DNA of 56,713 bases, filler included, from Fonticula-like sp. SCN 57-25 (taxonomy: Eukaryota): NCBI GenBank assembly GCA_001724245.1. It is 3 parts of 3 records of this genome, joined end to end, with 100 filler letters (N's around TTAATTAATTAA, not from the genome) between each part and the next. Parts side by side here need not be neighbours in the genome. Positions count along the whole stretch, not along the records: positions 38,589 to 56,713 come from MEDX01000110.1; 2 more parts are not named here. One strand, given 5' to 3'. Position 1 is the first letter of the stretch. Every line of letters starts with the position of its first letter. Below the pieces are notes generated by a model, which saw only the letters and a list, made by a program, of their open reading frames with translations, had not been told where the DNA came from and ran no database searches. This document shows positions 53,925 to 56,713 of the stretch, piece after piece. The position numbers and the translations under genes were made by a program.

Positions 53925-56713
53925 CTAGTACTTCCACGCCGTCTCCATGTTGACAATCTCCACCTGCCTCTCCCCCTCCCCCCTCTTCACCACCTCACCA
54001 ATCACATACGCCGTCTCATTCACCTCCCGCAGCGCCGCCTGCACCGCCGCCACCTTTTCCGGCGCCGCAATCAGCACCATACCAATGCCGCAGTTGAGCG
54101 TCCGCGCCAGCTCGGCGTGAGCAACATTCCCAAGCCGACCCAGCCACGTAAACATCTCTGGCATCGGCCACGTGGCCGCATCCAGCTTCACACCCACGCT
54201 GTCATCGAGCACGCGCGGGATGTTTTCATAGAGGCCGCCGCCGGTGATGTGCGCCATGCCCTTGATGAGGCGCTGGCGCGCGAGCGGCACGAGGCTCTTT
54301 GCGTACAGCTTTGTCGGCACAAGCAGACACTCGCCAATCGTCGGCAGGCAGTTATCATTCTTTCCAAAAGTGGCGGCGTAGCCGGGCGGCGGCACAAACG
54401 GCGCGCGCGAGTGGTAGTCGAGGCCGTGCAGGTTGATAATGTGCCTCGCGAGCGAAAACCCGTTCGAGTGCAGCCCCGACGACGGCACGCCAAGCACGAC
54501 ATCCCCCACAAGTGACGGCCGCGGCAAAACATCGCCGCGCTCGACAACACCGACGGCAAACCCAGCCAAGTCATAGTCTTCGCCAGAGTACATTCCGGGC
54601 ATTTCGGCAGTTTCGCCGCCGAGAAGCGCACATCCGCTGTCGACGCAGCCCTTTGCAATGCCTTCAACGACCTTTACGGCTTGAGCGACATCAATGTGGG
54701 ACGTCGCAAAGTAGTCGAGGAAGAAGAGCGGCTCGGCGCCCTGGACGACAAGGTCGTTGACGGACATGGCGACGAGGTCGATGCCGACGGTGTGGTGAAT
54801 GTTCATGATCTGGGCGACGCGAAGTTTGGTGCCGACGCCGTCAGTGCCAGAGACGAGGATGGGGTCCTTGAAGCCGAGAGAGGGGAGGTCAAACAGACCG
54901 CCAAAGCCTAGAAAGTGGGTTAGTATATGAGGAAGACATAAAGGAAAGGTATCATGAACATATACGATAGCATACAGTAATACTGATTAGGTCATCATGA
55001 ACAGTATATGACTACAAGTACAGCATACCAATAACATATGATGACCACAAGTACAGTATAATATGAACAACTACGTCATCATCATCATCACACTCATACT
55101 CATACTCATGTTCATTTTCATACCATACTCATACTCGCACTCATACTCATATTCATGATCATATACTCATGTTCATATTCATGTTCACATCCATACTCAT
55201 ACTCATACTCATACTCATACTCACGTTCATATACTCATACTCATACTCATGTTCATGTTCATACTCATACTCATACTCATACTCATGTTCATACTCATAC
55301 TCATACTCATGTTCATGTTCATGTTCATGTTCATACTCATTATCATACTCATACTCATACCCATACTCAAACGCATACCCATACTCATGTTCATATACTC
55401 ATACTCATGATCAACATCATCAACAAATTCAACAACACCTATTCTTTTCCTACTTCCTTTCCCACTTCATCCCAAATCGTACCCCCGAGCTCCGTGTTGC
55501 TTCCCGGCCTTGCCGTCATCTTTGCCAGCGGCTTGATCAGATCCACAAAGTGGTCCCCCCTATCAACATCCACACCCGAATCGGCGTACGTGACACCCCT
55601 AACCGCCGCCGGCCGCAGCGCCCTGTGCGCAATGTCCTTGCGGAACTGCGCGCCCTCAATCGTGACCGCCGCGACGCCCTTGTACGCGTCGTCGACGGCC
55701 TCCTTGAGCGTCGCCGCGACGGCCGTGACGGCGAGCACGCGCCCGCCCGACGTCACGAGGCCCGACTCGCCCGCGGCGGTGCCCGCGTGGAAGACGGTCG
55801 CGTTGCGCGGCACCGATCCCGATTCGATCGCGATCGGCGTTCCCTTTGCGTAGTCGCCGGGGTATCCCTTTGCGGCGACGACGACGGTGACGGCGTGCAT
55901 GTCCTTGAACGCGACCTTGACAGAGTCGAGGCGGCGGTCGACGCAGGCGAGCATGATCTGCGCGAGGTCGCAGTCGTCGGCGAGCAGCGGGAGGACGACC
56001 TGCGTCTCGGGGTCGCCGAGGCGGCAGTTGAACTCGAGGACCTTGGGGCCGGCGGCGGTCACCATGATGCCGGCGTAGAGGACGCCGACGTACGGCATGC
56101 CGTCGCGGCGCAGGCCGGCGACGGTCGGCTCGAGGACGCGCGACTGGACCTGCGCGAGGAGGGCGGGCGTCGCGAGGGGGGCGGGGGCGTACGCGCCCAT
56201 GCCGCCAGTGTTGGGGCCGGCGTCGCCGTCAAAGATGCGCTTGTGGTCCTGCGCGGCGGGGAGGGGGACGACAGTGTAGCCGTCGCAAAAGGCGAGCACG
56301 CTCACTTCCTCGCCTTCGAGGAACTCTTCAATGACAACCTCGGAGCCGGCGGCGCCAAAGATCTTCTTCTCCATGATGTCGCGGAGGGCAGCCTCGGCCT
56401 CGGCGACAGAGGTCGGGAGGATCACGCCCTTGCCGGCGGCGAGGCCGCTCGCCTTGATGACGATGCGGAAGGGGGCGCTCTGGACGTAGGCGAGGGCCTG
56501 GGAAAGATCGTCAAAGACGGCGTACGCGGCGGTGGGGATCTCGTGGCGGGCCATAAAGGCCTTGGAAAAGGCCTTGGATCCCTCAAGCTGAGAGGCGCGC
56601 GCAGAGGGGCCAAAGCAAGGGATGCCCTGCTTGGCGAGATGATCAGAGATGCCATCGACCAGGGGCTGCTCGGGGCCAACAACAACAAGATCAATGCTCT
56701 GCTCGCGGCAGAA
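53925..56713 (-). CDS. ADE5,7: Bifunctional GAR synthetase/AIR synthetase (PurD-PurM); 5' end lies beyond the window
   Basis: GPEQPL, QLEGSK, KASGLAAGKGV, QDHKR, GPNTGGMG, EFNCRLGDPE, then YADSGVD, GGFGGLF, TDGVGTK, GGETAEMPG, HITGGG; stop after PurM (no PurN). Confidence 0.97.
55092..55409. repeat. Hexamer microsatellite (CATACT/CATGTT)n inside the 575-nt ADE5,7 intron (54908-55482)
   Basis: Directly visible array of roughly 50 imperfect hexamer units. Confidence 0.95.

Noticed and set aside
55155-55853. His/Thr-rich 232-aa ORF
   Set aside because: Translation of the intronic hexamer repeat plus antisense ADE5,7.
42311-56713. Purine cluster as a transferred bacterial pur operon or contamination
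   Set aside because: The genes have spliceosomal introns, eukaryote-type sequences, the fungal PurD-PurM fusion and mixed orientation.

Overview
Eukaryotic, gene-dense, intron-rich DNA. Exons are GC-rich. Most introns are about 45-60 nt with GTRCG donors and CTRAC branch points. Two 100-nt artificial linkers (44N-TTAATTAATTAA-44N) split the window into three independent contigs: 1-18332, 18433-38488 and 38589-56713. Gene content suggests a Holomycota-type opisthokont (nucleariid-like protist or early-diverging fungus; inference). It combines fungal-type ADE5,7, Spa2-like, Bni4-like and Atg31-like genes with COMMD5 and a polycystin-1-like gene. About 25 protein-coding genes were reconstructed by hand. 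The main finding is a gap-free ~15 kb cluster of purine genes on contig 3: ITPA, ATIC/ADE16-17, ADE6/PurL and ADE5,7/PurD-PurM. It has CACGTG boxes in two of its promoters, an embedded bacterial-type DUF2892 gene and a small spliced orphan. Also notable: a secreted LPMO-fold (His1->Asp)-DOMON-cytochrome b561 fusion, an EF-hand purple acid phosphatase, a channel-less and PLAT-less polycystin-1-like protein, and a recurring G-rich/AT-island/C-rich skew flip. All family assignments come from motif recognition, not database searches.
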